Source of the DNA: an uncultured Verrucomicrobiae bacterium | Lineage (GTDB): Bacteria > Verrucomicrobiota > Verrucomicrobiia > Chthoniobacterales > JAFAMB01 | Direction: 5' to 3' | Length of the DNA stretch: 64,000 bases | NCBI GenBank assembly: GCA_963837955.1 | Contig: CAWIPH010000002.1 | Coordinates: 4,032,001 to 4,096,000, forward strand | Part shown: positions 1-8,353 of the stretch, piece by piece | Layout of the letters: each line of letters starts with the position of its first letter | Position numbering within the stretch: the first letter of the stretch is position 1 | The notes under the pieces: generated by a model | What the model was told of the DNA's origin: nothing | Databases searched by the model: none | What the model saw: the letters and a program-made list of their open reading frames with translations, nothing else | Made by a program: the position numbers and the translations under genes

Positions 1-384
1 CTCGGGATAAAACGGGATTTCTTTCTCCGGCGTGCCTAAACAAACCCAGACCAGATCGTAGCGCTCCTTTGCCTGATAAGGGATGGCGCGAGCGCGCATG
101 GGCGGTTTGAGAGTTGGATGGGCCGGCATCCGGACACAGTTGGCGTCAGAGCCATATGTCCAGCCATGGTAAGGACAAACCAGACAGTCATCCGCAACCT
201 TGCCACCAGAAAGCTTGGCGCCTCGGTGGATGCACAAATCCTGCCAGACAGAAACGGTTTCTCGATTGCGCCAGACGACTAGATCTTGCCCGAGCAGTTT
301 GGCAGACCGAACCGTGCCCGCTTGGATCTCGGATGCGCGGGCAACGGGGTGCCAGTCGTTCCATAAAACTGGATCGTCTAACAT
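1..384 (-). CDS. Rieske non-heme iron oxygenase alpha subunit, VanA/NdmA-like (5' part; runs off the left edge)
   Basis: Not in the ORF track. Manual translation from the ATG at 384 gives MLDDPVLWNDWHPVA...DLCIHRGAKLSGG...CPYHGWTY, with the Rieske CxH...CxxH motif, and the frame stays open to position 1. Confidence 0.9.
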   Translation of the reverse strand, partial: MLDDPVLWNDWHPVARASEIQAGTVRSAKLLGQDLVVWRNRETVSVWQDLCIHRGAKLSGGKVADDCLVCPYHGWTYGSDANCVRMPAHPTLKPPMRARAIPYQAKERYDLVWVCLGTPEKEIPFYPE

Positions 385-438
385 AGTCTTATCATTAGAA
401 ATCACCCGGAACCGAGATTGACGTTCGAGAAAACTGAA

Positions 439-954
439 CTACCACCGGTTCTTTGCTGCTGCCGGATAGGGAAACGAGGCATTCCCTTCATCTACCGGAA
501 TCACGCCCTTGGCCTGCAGATCACCCACGCTGTGGTCGTAGTACTCTTTCCAGAGCACCAATTTTCCGCCCCGAACCTTTCCGATTGCGGCGGTTCCCTC
601 AGCCTCCCGTTTCCCGGTTTGCTTGTTAGTTGAGCAAAATTGGTATTCAGCGAAGACCTGGTCGCCCTCTACGAGAAAAGTGGTCGGATAGATTCGGGTA
701 TTTGACCACTCGTTCCGCCATCTTTTAAAAAAAGCGATTGCCCCTTTTTTATCGAGTCTACCCCCGGGATGCGCCCACAAAAGATGGTCATCCAGCGTCG
801 AAGTAAAGGCCGTTAGATCGCCTGTTTCCCACGAGTGCGCGAACTTTTTTACGACACTGATTAGTTGCTCGCGAGCAGGATCGGCGGCGCGAACAGATGG
901 AGGTCCCGCTACCAGGCCGAAAGCTAACCAAATGAAGATACGGAATAGAGTCAT
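439..954 (-). CDS. SnoaL/NTF2-like fold protein with N-terminal signal peptide
   Basis: ORF 439..1017; probable ATG at 954 (MTLFRIFIWLAFGLVAGPPSVRA-AD). SnoaL-like pattern: FAHSWETGDLTAF...VEGDQVFAEY...GKLVLWKEYYD. Confidence 0.75.
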   Translation of the reverse strand: MTLFRIFIWLAFGLVAGPPSVRAADPAREQLISVVKKFAHSWETGDLTAFTSTLDDHLLWAHPGGRLDKKGAIAFFKRWRNEWSNTRIYPTTFLVEGDQVFAEYQFCSTNKQTGKREAEGTAAIGKVRGGKLVLWKEYYDHSVGDLQAKGVIPVDEGNASFPYPAAAKNRW

Positions 955-1037
955 GCGGAAGGCGCACACCGTCAGAGCAAGTTTGGGGCCAGAAAAGAGC
1001 GGGCGAGACTGAGACAACGTTCGGGATTACCAAATGA

Positions 1038-1244
1038 GGTAGGGCGAAAGCCTAATACGGTCTAAGCCGGATTGGCTTGAGCCGTTGTGGTCTCACCCCC
1101 GGGAACGTTTCGCCATGCCTGTTCGGTCGAATGGCATCCACGAAAGGGACGCACTGATCGGATTCCACGCACGGCTCAAACCCAGCGCGAACGCACACCT
1201 AGGCGAAAAAGAACGTCTATCCGCGCCGAGGTTTTCGCCCTACC
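1038..1244. mobile_element. Non-autonomous REPIN-like element: two inverted family-A REPs (GGTAGGGCGAAAxCCT...GGyTTGAGCC)
   Basis: Left arm 1038-1093 and inverted right arm ~1163-1244 both match the repeats flanking the RAYT at 50882-50937 and 51449-51504. Confidence 0.8.
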
Positions 1245-1287
1245 GATCAGGGGTGTTATCCGCAACGCGTAAAAAGAATCCTTCAGC

Positions 1288-1899
1288 TCATCGCGGCTTG
1301 TTCCCAGACGAACTACCATTGTTCGCCACAAAACGCGCAAACTCTTCCAGGAATTTAGTTCGTTCTCGGAGAAAAACCGGATCGTCCGGATCTCGGCCCA
1401 CGATGAGCCGAACTAACTGGGGAAACGCCAGGGGCGCAATTTCCATGGCAACTAGTGACAAAAGGTACTGGCGCGAGTCAAAAAATGGCGGCCAACCTTT
1501 TGGTCCGCATCTCCGCTCCAACTGTCGCAATGAGGTCTGCCAAAAAGTTCGCCGGTCCTTTTCACCTGCCACTTTGCGATTTTTCCGTTCGAGTCCCTCC
1601 CAAATCAGTAAACGAGCCCATTCCGGATGCTTAAAATAGAAGCGACTCCAATAACGAACTGCCTCGCCCGCTTCTTCCGGCGCCTTCTCAATAGCCTCGG
1701 CCGCTTCCCAGACTGACTGGATAACGGCCCGGAAAAGGTTCTCTTTACTCTCGAAGTAATAATAGATCAGCTGCTTGTTGACTTTCGCTTTTTCGGCGAT
1801 GCGATCCACGCGTGCTCCAGCATAGCCAGTTTTAGAGAACTCTTTCAGAGCTTGGCGCAAGATGCGATCTCGCACATCGATCTTTGATCTACCCGGCAT
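1288..1899 (-). CDS. TetR/AcrR family transcriptional regulator (RutR-like N-terminus)
   Basis: HTH signature ILRQALKEFSKTGYAGARVDRIAEKAKVNKQLIYYYFESKENLF. Confidence 0.92.
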   Translation of the reverse strand: MPGRSKIDVRDRILRQALKEFSKTGYAGARVDRIAEKAKVNKQLIYYYFESKENLFRAVIQSVWEAAEAIEKAPEEAGEAVRYWSRFYFKHPEWARLLIWEGLERKNRKVAGEKDRRTFWQTSLRQLERRCGPKGWPPFFDSRQYLLSLVAMEIAPLAFPQLVRLIVGRDPDDPVFLRERTKFLEEFARFVANNGSSSGNKPR

Positions 1900-2053
1900 G
1901 ATTAAGAACGTTTAACATCAAGATTGGTTGGCTGGCCAGACCGCGGAGTCATATAACGATCTGAGGAGCGAGTCAACCTGAGGCGATCGCTGGAACCAAG
2001 AAATCCCGTAAAGGGTTAGAGAAGGGATCGGGTCTGGGTGAAAATTATCACTT

Positions 2054-2071
2054 TTCAACTAAACAGTTGAA
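2054..2071. promoter_or_regulatory. Palindromic operator 1, TTCAACT-AAAC-AGTTGAA (probable TetR site)
   Basis: Perfect 7-bp arms, located in the divergent tetR/TonB intergenic region; repeated in inverted orientation at 2172-2187. Confidence 0.7.
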
Positions 2072-2171
2072 TTGTTTTGTCCCAATTTAGTCAATCCGCG
2101 CAAATTTGTTCGTTGATTCAATATTCTGCACATCTCCTTCATTTTGTCTGGTTTAGTGATGGAATGTAGTT

Positions 2172-2187
2172 TCAACTGTTTAGTTGA
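2172..2187. promoter_or_regulatory. Palindromic operator 2, TCAACT-GTTT-AGTTGA (probable TetR site)
   Basis: Exact reverse complement of 2055-2070. Confidence 0.7.
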
Positions 2188-2213
2188 TTTCTGCAATGGT
2201 CATTTTCGACAGC

Positions 2214-2229
2214 TGGCACGCCTGATGCT
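2214..2229 (+). promoter_or_regulatory. sigma54 (-24/-12) promoter for the TonB receptor operon
   Basis: TGGCACG-CCTG-ATGCT versus consensus TGGCACG-N4-TTGCW, with correct GG-N10-GC spacing, ~105 nt upstream of the ATG at 2335. Confidence 0.7.
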
Positions 2230-2334
2230 TCTCTTCCATCGGTTTTAAAGGCAGCGGCGATCGATCAACGGCCGGTCTCGGAGAATTCCGACTCCCGCAA
2301 CTAGTTCGGCGCCTCCGCCGATTTAAATGCACCC

Positions 2335-4884
2335 ATGCCCAAACTACGGACTAGCCTTGTATTTTTGATTATTGCTTTCTTGACGTGTTGCGACCAATTC
2401 AGTCGTTCATTCGGCCAGACCGTCGTTCCATCGCCGTCGCCCGACACCGGTGCGAATCCAGCCAAGGCCACCGGCCAATCTCTTCAAACGGTTGTGGTGC
2501 AAGGCATTTCCGAAGAAACCGTAAACCCGTTGGACAGACCGGTTTCCTCAATTTACGGAACTGATTTGCCGGTTACGGATATCCCACGATCCGTCAGCAG
2601 CGTTACGCAGCAACAGTTGCAACAGCAGAATATCACTTCAGTCGCTGATCTCAGCCAGTTGACCCCCAGCAGCGTTAACTTGAGTCGTTGGGGTATTACC
2701 GGGACGCCGACTATTCGGGGCGATCTGGCTGAGGTCTATGTAAACGGGCAACGGAAATTAACCAATCAAAACGCCTTTTCGCCTAGCTTCACCGGGGTCG
2801 AGTCCGTCGACATCCTAAAAGGTCCTGCTTCTGTTGTGGATGGACCGGGTTCGCAAACTGGCGGGTACGTGAATTTTGTGACGAAAGCTCCCTATTTCGA
2901 TAGGATGCATGGCACGTTCTATCTGGATCTCGGAACTTACGTTCCGGGAGGTCAGTCATACTTTGACCAGGGATGGGGCGTCGACGTCGGAGGTCCCATC
3001 ATTGCAAACCAGCTGGCCTACCGCTTTTCCTACGAGGGTACCGGCGGCCAGAGCTATTATCATCGGAGCGGGGTCAAGAACGACCGGGACGACTTCTATG
3101 GTTCGATTACCTATACGCCCAGCAGTAATCTCTCGATTAATATCAACGCCGGTTATCTCAACACCAATGTTGGCGAACTCGATGGTGTGAATCGGCCCAC
3201 CCAACAACTGATCGACAATCAAACCTATTACACTGGCGTAGCTATAAGCCCGTTTGCCACGCCACCGGCTCACGTTCCCGGCTCTATCTATTACCAACCC
3301 ACCACTAGCGGACCGGGCGGATTTGGGGCGGTGCTTTATCCTACCGGAACAACCAAGATTTATCCGTTTAACACCATCGTCAGCCCTCTCGCTATAGAAA
3401 ATGTGAATGACTATTACGCCCAAATGATCATCACGCTAAATGTGAGCGATTGTCTTACCATCGTGAACCGGACCTACGGCGAGAGTGTCGAACGCTACGA
3501 TCGAACGGCTTACCAATACACTGAGTATGTTCCGCATAATGTGGTCTTCGAAAACCGGACCGAAATTAGCTACCATTGGGATGGCAATATTTGTGGCATA
3601 TCGACGACCAACGATTTGCTAACCGGATTTTCTTTCCGCTACCAAGACAGTCTCTCCTACGGTGAGTTTCAAAACGAATACTTCAACAACTATGACGTAA
3701 CGCAGAACTCGCGGACCTTTGTTTCTCCGTTTTATCAAAATCCGCAGCCTTTCTCTTCCCTCGTCTACGTTGGTCATGGTTTTTTTGCCAACCCGGGAAC
3801 CAGTCGAATAGGCGCTAACGGTAACGGCTTTCCGGTGGGAGTCTACCTGACGAACGGCAACAGCAATCGAACCCATCTCTTTGACGCCGGCCTGTTCTTG
3901 CAGGACCGGATCGAACTGGCCAAACAATGGGCCCTGCTAATCGGCGTTCGCGGCGACTACCTAAACGCTAATGCCAGCGATCCAGTCCCCTACAAAGATA
4001 ATGTCCAAGCGCCTGGCTCGAAAAATAGCGACAGCGCCGAGGTAGTGAACCCGACGATCAGTGCTAGCCTGAGCTACAAACCCACCAACTGGCTGACTTC
4101 TTATTTCACATTCAATGAGACCTACGGCTTGGATGAAGCTTCCGTCTACGAGACCGGTGGCGTCGCCCAGAATCCCAACGGCACCGGTGGAATCACCAAA
4201 GCCAGCATGAAAAACAAGAGTGTTCTTCTGGAGGGCGGTTTCAAGTTTAGTTTATTGGATAACAAGCTATTTGTTGGGTTGGACGGTTTCTATCAGCGGA
4301 GAGCGAGCACCGACCAGTTTGGCAACATCAACAATATCGAGGTCCGCGGTATGGAAGCGGAAGCCACATACCAACCGAACAAGAATTTCAGTGTTTCCGC
4401 TAACTTCACCTGGTCAGAAGCGAACTACATTAATTATACGCCGATCCAGAGTACCCAGAACCTTGGCGATACTTACGCCGCCGGATTCCCGGTTCAACCT
4501 GGGGTCGTAGGAACCGGCGTCGGTAGTCCAAACTTCTTGGTACACGGCTTGCCAACGGGCGCCTACCGCCTCAACGGTTTTCCCAATCTGATTTTCAATG
4601 GCTATGCGACTTATGTCCTGGATTGCGGATTGGGCGCGAGTCTCGGAATCCAGGCCGAAAGCTACCAACGCGTGGACTTTGACAATAGGCTCAAGATTCC
4701 TGCCCAATACCAGCTCAATGCCTCGTTATTTTACCGTCAGCCGCAATGGGAAATTCGAGTCAATATCGCAAATATCACAGATCAACGGAACTGGAGCGTC
4801 ACCGACGGAATTTTGGAAGGAAACGATCTGCTCATGTTGAATCAACCGCTCTCTGTGTCCGGAAGAATCACCATACGCTTCTAA
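2335..4884 (+). CDS. TonB-dependent outer-membrane receptor
   Basis: 849 aa; signal peptide, TonB-box-like QTVVVQG, plug motifs DIPRSVSSVT and VESVDILKGPASVVDG...GGYVNFVTK, C-terminal Phe. Confidence 0.93.
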   Translation: MPKLRTSLVFLIIAFLTCCDQFSRSFGQTVVPSPSPDTGANPAKATGQSLQTVVVQGISEETVNPLDRPVSSIYGTDLPVTDIPRSVSSVTQQQLQQQNITSVADLSQLTPSSVNLSRWGITGTPTIRGDLAEVYVNGQRKLTNQNAFSPSFTGVESVDILKGPASVVDGPGSQTGGYVNFVTKAPYFDRMHGTFYLDLGTYVPGGQSYFDQGWGVDVGGPIIANQLAYRFSYEGTGGQSYYHRSGVKNDRDDFYGSITYTPSSNLSININAGYLNTNVGELDGVNRPTQQLIDNQTYYTGVAISPFATPPAHVPGSIYYQPTTSGPGGFGAVLYPTGTTKIYPFNTIVSPLAIENVNDYYAQMIITLNVSDCLTIVNRTYGESVERYDRTAYQYTEYVPHNVVFENRTEISYHWDGNICGISTTNDLLTGFSFRYQDSLSYGEFQNEYFNNYDVTQNSRTFVSPFYQNPQPFSSLVYVGHGFFANPGTSRIGANGNGFPVGVYLTNGNSNRTHLFDAGLFLQDRIELAKQWALLIGVRGDYLNANASDPVPYKDNVQAPGSKNSDSAEVVNPTISASLSYKPTNWLTSYFTFNETYGLDEASVYETGGVAQNPNGTGGITKASMKNKSVLLEGGFKFSLLDNKLFVGLDGFYQRRASTDQFGNINNIEVRGMEAEATYQPNKNFSVSANFTWSEANYINYTPIQSTQNLGDTYAAGFPVQPGVVGTGVGSPNFLVHGLPTGAYRLNGFPNLIFNGYATYVLDCGLGASLGIQAESYQRVDFDNRLKIPAQYQLNASLFYRQPQWEIRVNIANITDQRNWSVTDGILEGNDLLMLNQPLSVSGRITIRF

Positions 4885-4947
4885 TCAGCGTCGCCGGTTG
4901 GTTCGTCGGCCTCCGGCTTTCTGGTTCCCTAGTAAGTGCGGTGTATC

Positions 4948-6339
4948 ATGGGCACACGGGCATTGCTGTTATCTGGTGCAACGATCCTCACGATGGATGA
5001 TCGTGACCGTTGGTATGAAGATGGCGCTCTATTAGTTAGGAACGGCAAAATCGAAGCCATCGGCTTCACTCGGGAAATGGAAAGCCGGGTCCCAGCCGAC
5101 TGCGATCGAATTGAACTTTCAGATCGCTGGATTCTGCCCGGGTTTATTAATACCCACGTCCATACCTCTCAACAGCTCGCCCGCGGACTCGCGGATGACG
5201 TCGATCTTCTTACTTGGTTGCGAGACCGAATTTGGCCTTACGAGAGCCAACTAACGGAAGAGGATTCCTACGTAAGCTCATTACTGACTGGGATCGAACT
5301 GATCCGCAGCGGTGTTACCACGTTTTGCGAAGCTGGGGGTCAGCATGTCGATGCAATCGGACGCGCAACTGAAACCTTGGGGCTGCGCGCAATGCTTTGC
5401 CGCTCGACGATGGATATCCCAACTGGGCTGCCGGCCCGCTGGAGCACCGCGAAAACCGAATGTCTGAATCAGCAAATCGACCACTTTCATCGATGGCAAA
5501 ACCAGGCGAATGGCCGTATTCGAGTCTGCCTGGGACTTCGAACGATTTTCAATTGTTCGGACGATCTAATTTTGGGAACCCGTGATCTTTCAGACGAACT
5601 GGGCATGCGTATCAACATGCACGTTGCGGAAATTCCCGCGGAGAATGATTTCTGTCGCCTACGCAGCGGCAAAACAACGGTAGCGCACTTGGCAGACCTG
5701 AAAATACTGGGCCCTCATTTCCTGGCTGTCCACTGCGTTTGGTTGACTCCCGAAGAAATCGACTTATTCGCCCAATTCGATGTAAAGGTTTCGCATAATC
5801 CAGCTGCGGCAATGCGGGTTCTCGGTTGGCCGAGAATTACAGAAATGCAGAGCAAGGGTATCTGCCTTTCGCTGGGAACCGATGGCGCTCCTTGCAACAA
5901 CCGGATGACGCTGATTGACGAAATGTGGCTGGCCACATTGCTACAGAAAGCTCGTACTCGAGAACCAGCCGCGATGCCGGTCGAGTCGGTATTGAGCATG
6001 GTAACTCGCGACGGGGCGCGCGCGTTAGGTTGGGAGAATGAAATTGGATCTCTGACTGAGGACAAACAGGCCGATCTGATAGTGATCGATCCCAACACCG
6101 CGACGATGCTTCCGCTTCACGACCCAATCGCTAACCTGGTGAATGCTTTACGCGAACACAACGTGGAAAGCGTTATGGTTGCAGGAAATTGGTTGATGCG
6201 GGATCGCCGGATTCTCACGGTCGATGAACCGGAGATTTGTTCCGAGGCCAAACGCCGTGCAGTTCACATCCGAGAACGAGGAGGCATCGTGTTGCCGGAA
6301 CGTTTTCGGAAAGTGCAAAAACCGGATGAGTGGTCGTAG
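4948..6339 (+). CDS. Metal-dependent amidohydrolase, MTA/SAH deaminase-AtzA/TrzA-like family
   Basis: Metal ligands PGFINTHVH, MHVAE, AVHCVW and LGTDG; ATG at 4948 is preferred over GTG at 4936. Confidence 0.88.
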   Translation: MGTRALLLSGATILTMDDRDRWYEDGALLVRNGKIEAIGFTREMESRVPADCDRIELSDRWILPGFINTHVHTSQQLARGLADDVDLLTWLRDRIWPYESQLTEEDSYVSSLLTGIELIRSGVTTFCEAGGQHVDAIGRATETLGLRAMLCRSTMDIPTGLPARWSTAKTECLNQQIDHFHRWQNQANGRIRVCLGLRTIFNCSDDLILGTRDLSDELGMRINMHVAEIPAENDFCRLRSGKTTVAHLADLKILGPHFLAVHCVWLTPEEIDLFAQFDVKVSHNPAAAMRVLGWPRITEMQSKGICLSLGTDGAPCNNRMTLIDEMWLATLLQKARTREPAAMPVESVLSMVTRDGARALGWENEIGSLTEDKQADLIVIDPNTATMLPLHDPIANLVNALREHNVESVMVAGNWLMRDRRILTVDEPEICSEAKRRAVHIRERGGIVLPERFRKVQKPDEWS

Positions 6340-6342
6340 CAT

Positions 6343-6481
6343 GTGAGAGGTGAGAAGTGATTGGTGAATGGTGGGAGATCTCTGGTCGAGGATTTGCCGA
6401 CGGCATCTACCTCTCACTAATCACCAATCACCAATCACCAATCGCGGTTGCGGGAGAACGAAGGAGGAAGCATCAGGCTAC
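6343..6481. repeat. Partial family-B REPIN with inverted heptamer arrays
   Basis: (GTGAnnR)x5 at 6343-6377, (YnnTCAC)x5 at 6411-6445, and a REP-B half GGAAGCATCAGGCTAC at 6466-6481; the central core is shared with the elements at 43297 and 47283. Confidence 0.7.
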
Positions 6482-6512
6482 ACCAGGAACATGACTTGCT
6501 GTTAAGGACGTC

Positions 6513-7520
6513 ATGGACCTATCGGCTAAAACTCTCCCGCGAAATTGCACGTTTAGCCGCGAAGACTGGAATGTCTTGGCAGCCTGCTGGCATCCCGTGG
6601 CCTATTCCGATGCAGTAACGGACGAACCGCAATCGATCAAACTGCTGGATGAGGAACTTGTGCTTTATCGCACTTCCAAGGGCGTGGTTATGGCAAAAGA
6701 CCTATGCATCCATCGGGGCGCCCGGCTTTCGCTCGGTTGGCTGGAACAAGACGAACTGGTATGCGCCTACCACGGCTTTCGCTACGGTTTCGAAGGAAAA
6801 TGCACCAGGGTACCCGCGCATCCGACCCTGCCGATCTCGGAAAAACTCTGTTTAATTACGTTTCCGACGATCGAAAAATACGGGTTAATCTGGACTTGCC
6901 TCGGCCGGGCGCCGCTCACTGATCTTCCAGTCTGGCCGGAATTGCACGATCCAGCCTATCATCGTGTTCATCTCGATCCATTCGACTGGAACACCTCGGC
7001 GGCACGTCAGGCCGAGAACTTTCTCGATATTACCCACTTTTCATGGCTCCACGTCGGAACGTTTGGCAACCGAAAGAAACCCGAGATCGAGAAATATGAA
7101 GTGATCCAGACACCTGACGGGCTGCACATGGACTATCGGTATCCCATGATCATGCCATCCGGCGAGTCGATGCAGACTTTCTCGTATGATGTGACTCTGC
7201 CCTTTTCCGCTCGGATCCAATTTCCGGACATGATCCCCGGTCGAAAATACGCGATTTTCGTTTCGGCCTGTCCGATTTCGGCTCGACAGACCCGGATCTT
7301 TTTCTTCATGGCCCAGGACGCTCCATTTGATGACATCAGCGGCCTGCTCGCCTTTGAGACAAAAGTTTTCGCAGAAGATCAGCGGTTAGTAGAATCACAA
7401 CATCCCGAAGAATTGCCGCTCGATTTGAGCGCCGAGCTTCATATCCGCGCCGATCAGATGTCTACCGCTTACCGCAAGGCGCTAGCGGCTTTGGGCATGG
7501 GTAAGCGTTACACCGCTTAG
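6513..7520 (+). CDS. Rieske non-heme iron oxygenase alpha subunit, VanA/NdmA-like demethylase family
   Basis: Rieske motif CIHRG...CAYHG; mononuclear iron site ENFLDITHFSWLH and FAEDQRLVESQ. Confidence 0.9.
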   Translation: MDLSAKTLPRNCTFSREDWNVLAACWHPVAYSDAVTDEPQSIKLLDEELVLYRTSKGVVMAKDLCIHRGARLSLGWLEQDELVCAYHGFRYGFEGKCTRVPAHPTLPISEKLCLITFPTIEKYGLIWTCLGRAPLTDLPVWPELHDPAYHRVHLDPFDWNTSAARQAENFLDITHFSWLHVGTFGNRKKPEIEKYEVIQTPDGLHMDYRYPMIMPSGESMQTFSYDVTLPFSARIQFPDMIPGRKYAIFVSACPISARQTRIFFFMAQDAPFDDISGLLAFETKVFAEDQRLVESQHPEELPLDLSAELHIRADQMSTAYRKALAALGMGKRYTA

Positions 7521-7600
7521 GGTGCGACTTCCCCGGACGTGAACCGGCGCTCATCAATCCTCATTGATGAAATCAGCAGGCTGGGCTCTAATTCCGCAGA

Positions 7601-8353
7601 ATGCTCATCCTGAAAGCTGTCGTCGAAGCTTTGCTGTTTAGCTCGCAAAAACCGCTCACCGCCAAAGAGATTGTGCAGGTCATCCGACTTGGTGCCGAAT
7701 ACGCGGCGGAAGAAGATTCTGTCGGTCTCGCCCAAACCTCAGAGGAACTAGTTCAGGAAGCATTGGAGAATTTAGCCAACGAATACAGTGAGCTGGGACG
7801 CTCATTCCAACTGGTGGAACAGGTGAGCGGGTGGCAACTTTCCACCCGACCCGATTATCAGGTCTGGGTTCGCCAACTGTTTCCCGAGTTACGGCCGACC
7901 CGTCTTAGCCCGCCTGCGTTGGAAACTCTGGCCATCGTCGCGTATCGACAGCCGATCACCAAAGGGGACATTGAGGCGGTCCGGGGTGTAACGGTGGATG
8001 GTGTCATGCAGAAACTACTCGACCTTGGATTAGTCAAAATTGCCGGCCGAGCAGAGATCCCAGGTCGTCCGCTGCTTTACGAAACCACGCAGCATTTTAT
8101 GGAACATTTCGGATTGCGGAATTTGAATGAGCTTCCGAATGCATCGGAGCTGCGAAACCTGACCCTACCAACCGCTAAGGTCCTGGAGGAACCAAAGTCC
8201 GACAAATCAGGTGAAACGCAGCAACACCCTGAAGCGTCCGGGCCCAACGCTGTTCCCACCGGCCCGACAGAACCTGGCAGTAGCGCGAGCGTAATAGTTG
8301 CACCCGACCTTCCCGACCAACAACTTAAACCAACCGATGGAGGGAAGATTTGA
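7601..8353 (+). CDS. scpB: SMC-Scp complex subunit ScpB
   Basis: VEALLFSSQKPL, LSPPALETLAIVAYRQPITKGDIEAVRGV, GRPLLYETTQHFMEHFGL. Confidence 0.95.
   Translation: MLILKAVVEALLFSSQKPLTAKEIVQVIRLGAEYAAEEDSVGLAQTSEELVQEALENLANEYSELGRSFQLVEQVSGWQLSTRPDYQVWVRQLFPELRPTRLSPPALETLAIVAYRQPITKGDIEAVRGVTVDGVMQKLLDLGLVKIAGRAEIPGRPLLYETTQHFMEHFGLRNLNELPNASELRNLTLPTAKVLEEPKSDKSGETQQHPEASGPNAVPTGPTEPGSSASVIVAPDLPDQQLKPTDGGKI

Noticed and set aside
114..633. Plus-strand ORFs 114-386, 200-421 and 418-633
   Set aside because: Antisense shadows of the Rieske and SnoaL genes on the minus strand.
960..1287. Possible riboswitch upstream of the SnoaL/Rieske genes
   Set aside because: The structure is explained by the family-A REP pair; no recognisable riboswitch consensus.
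6343..6445. CRISPR-like appearance of short repeats
   Set aside because: Units are 7 nt and tandem with no unique spacers; no cas genes in the window.
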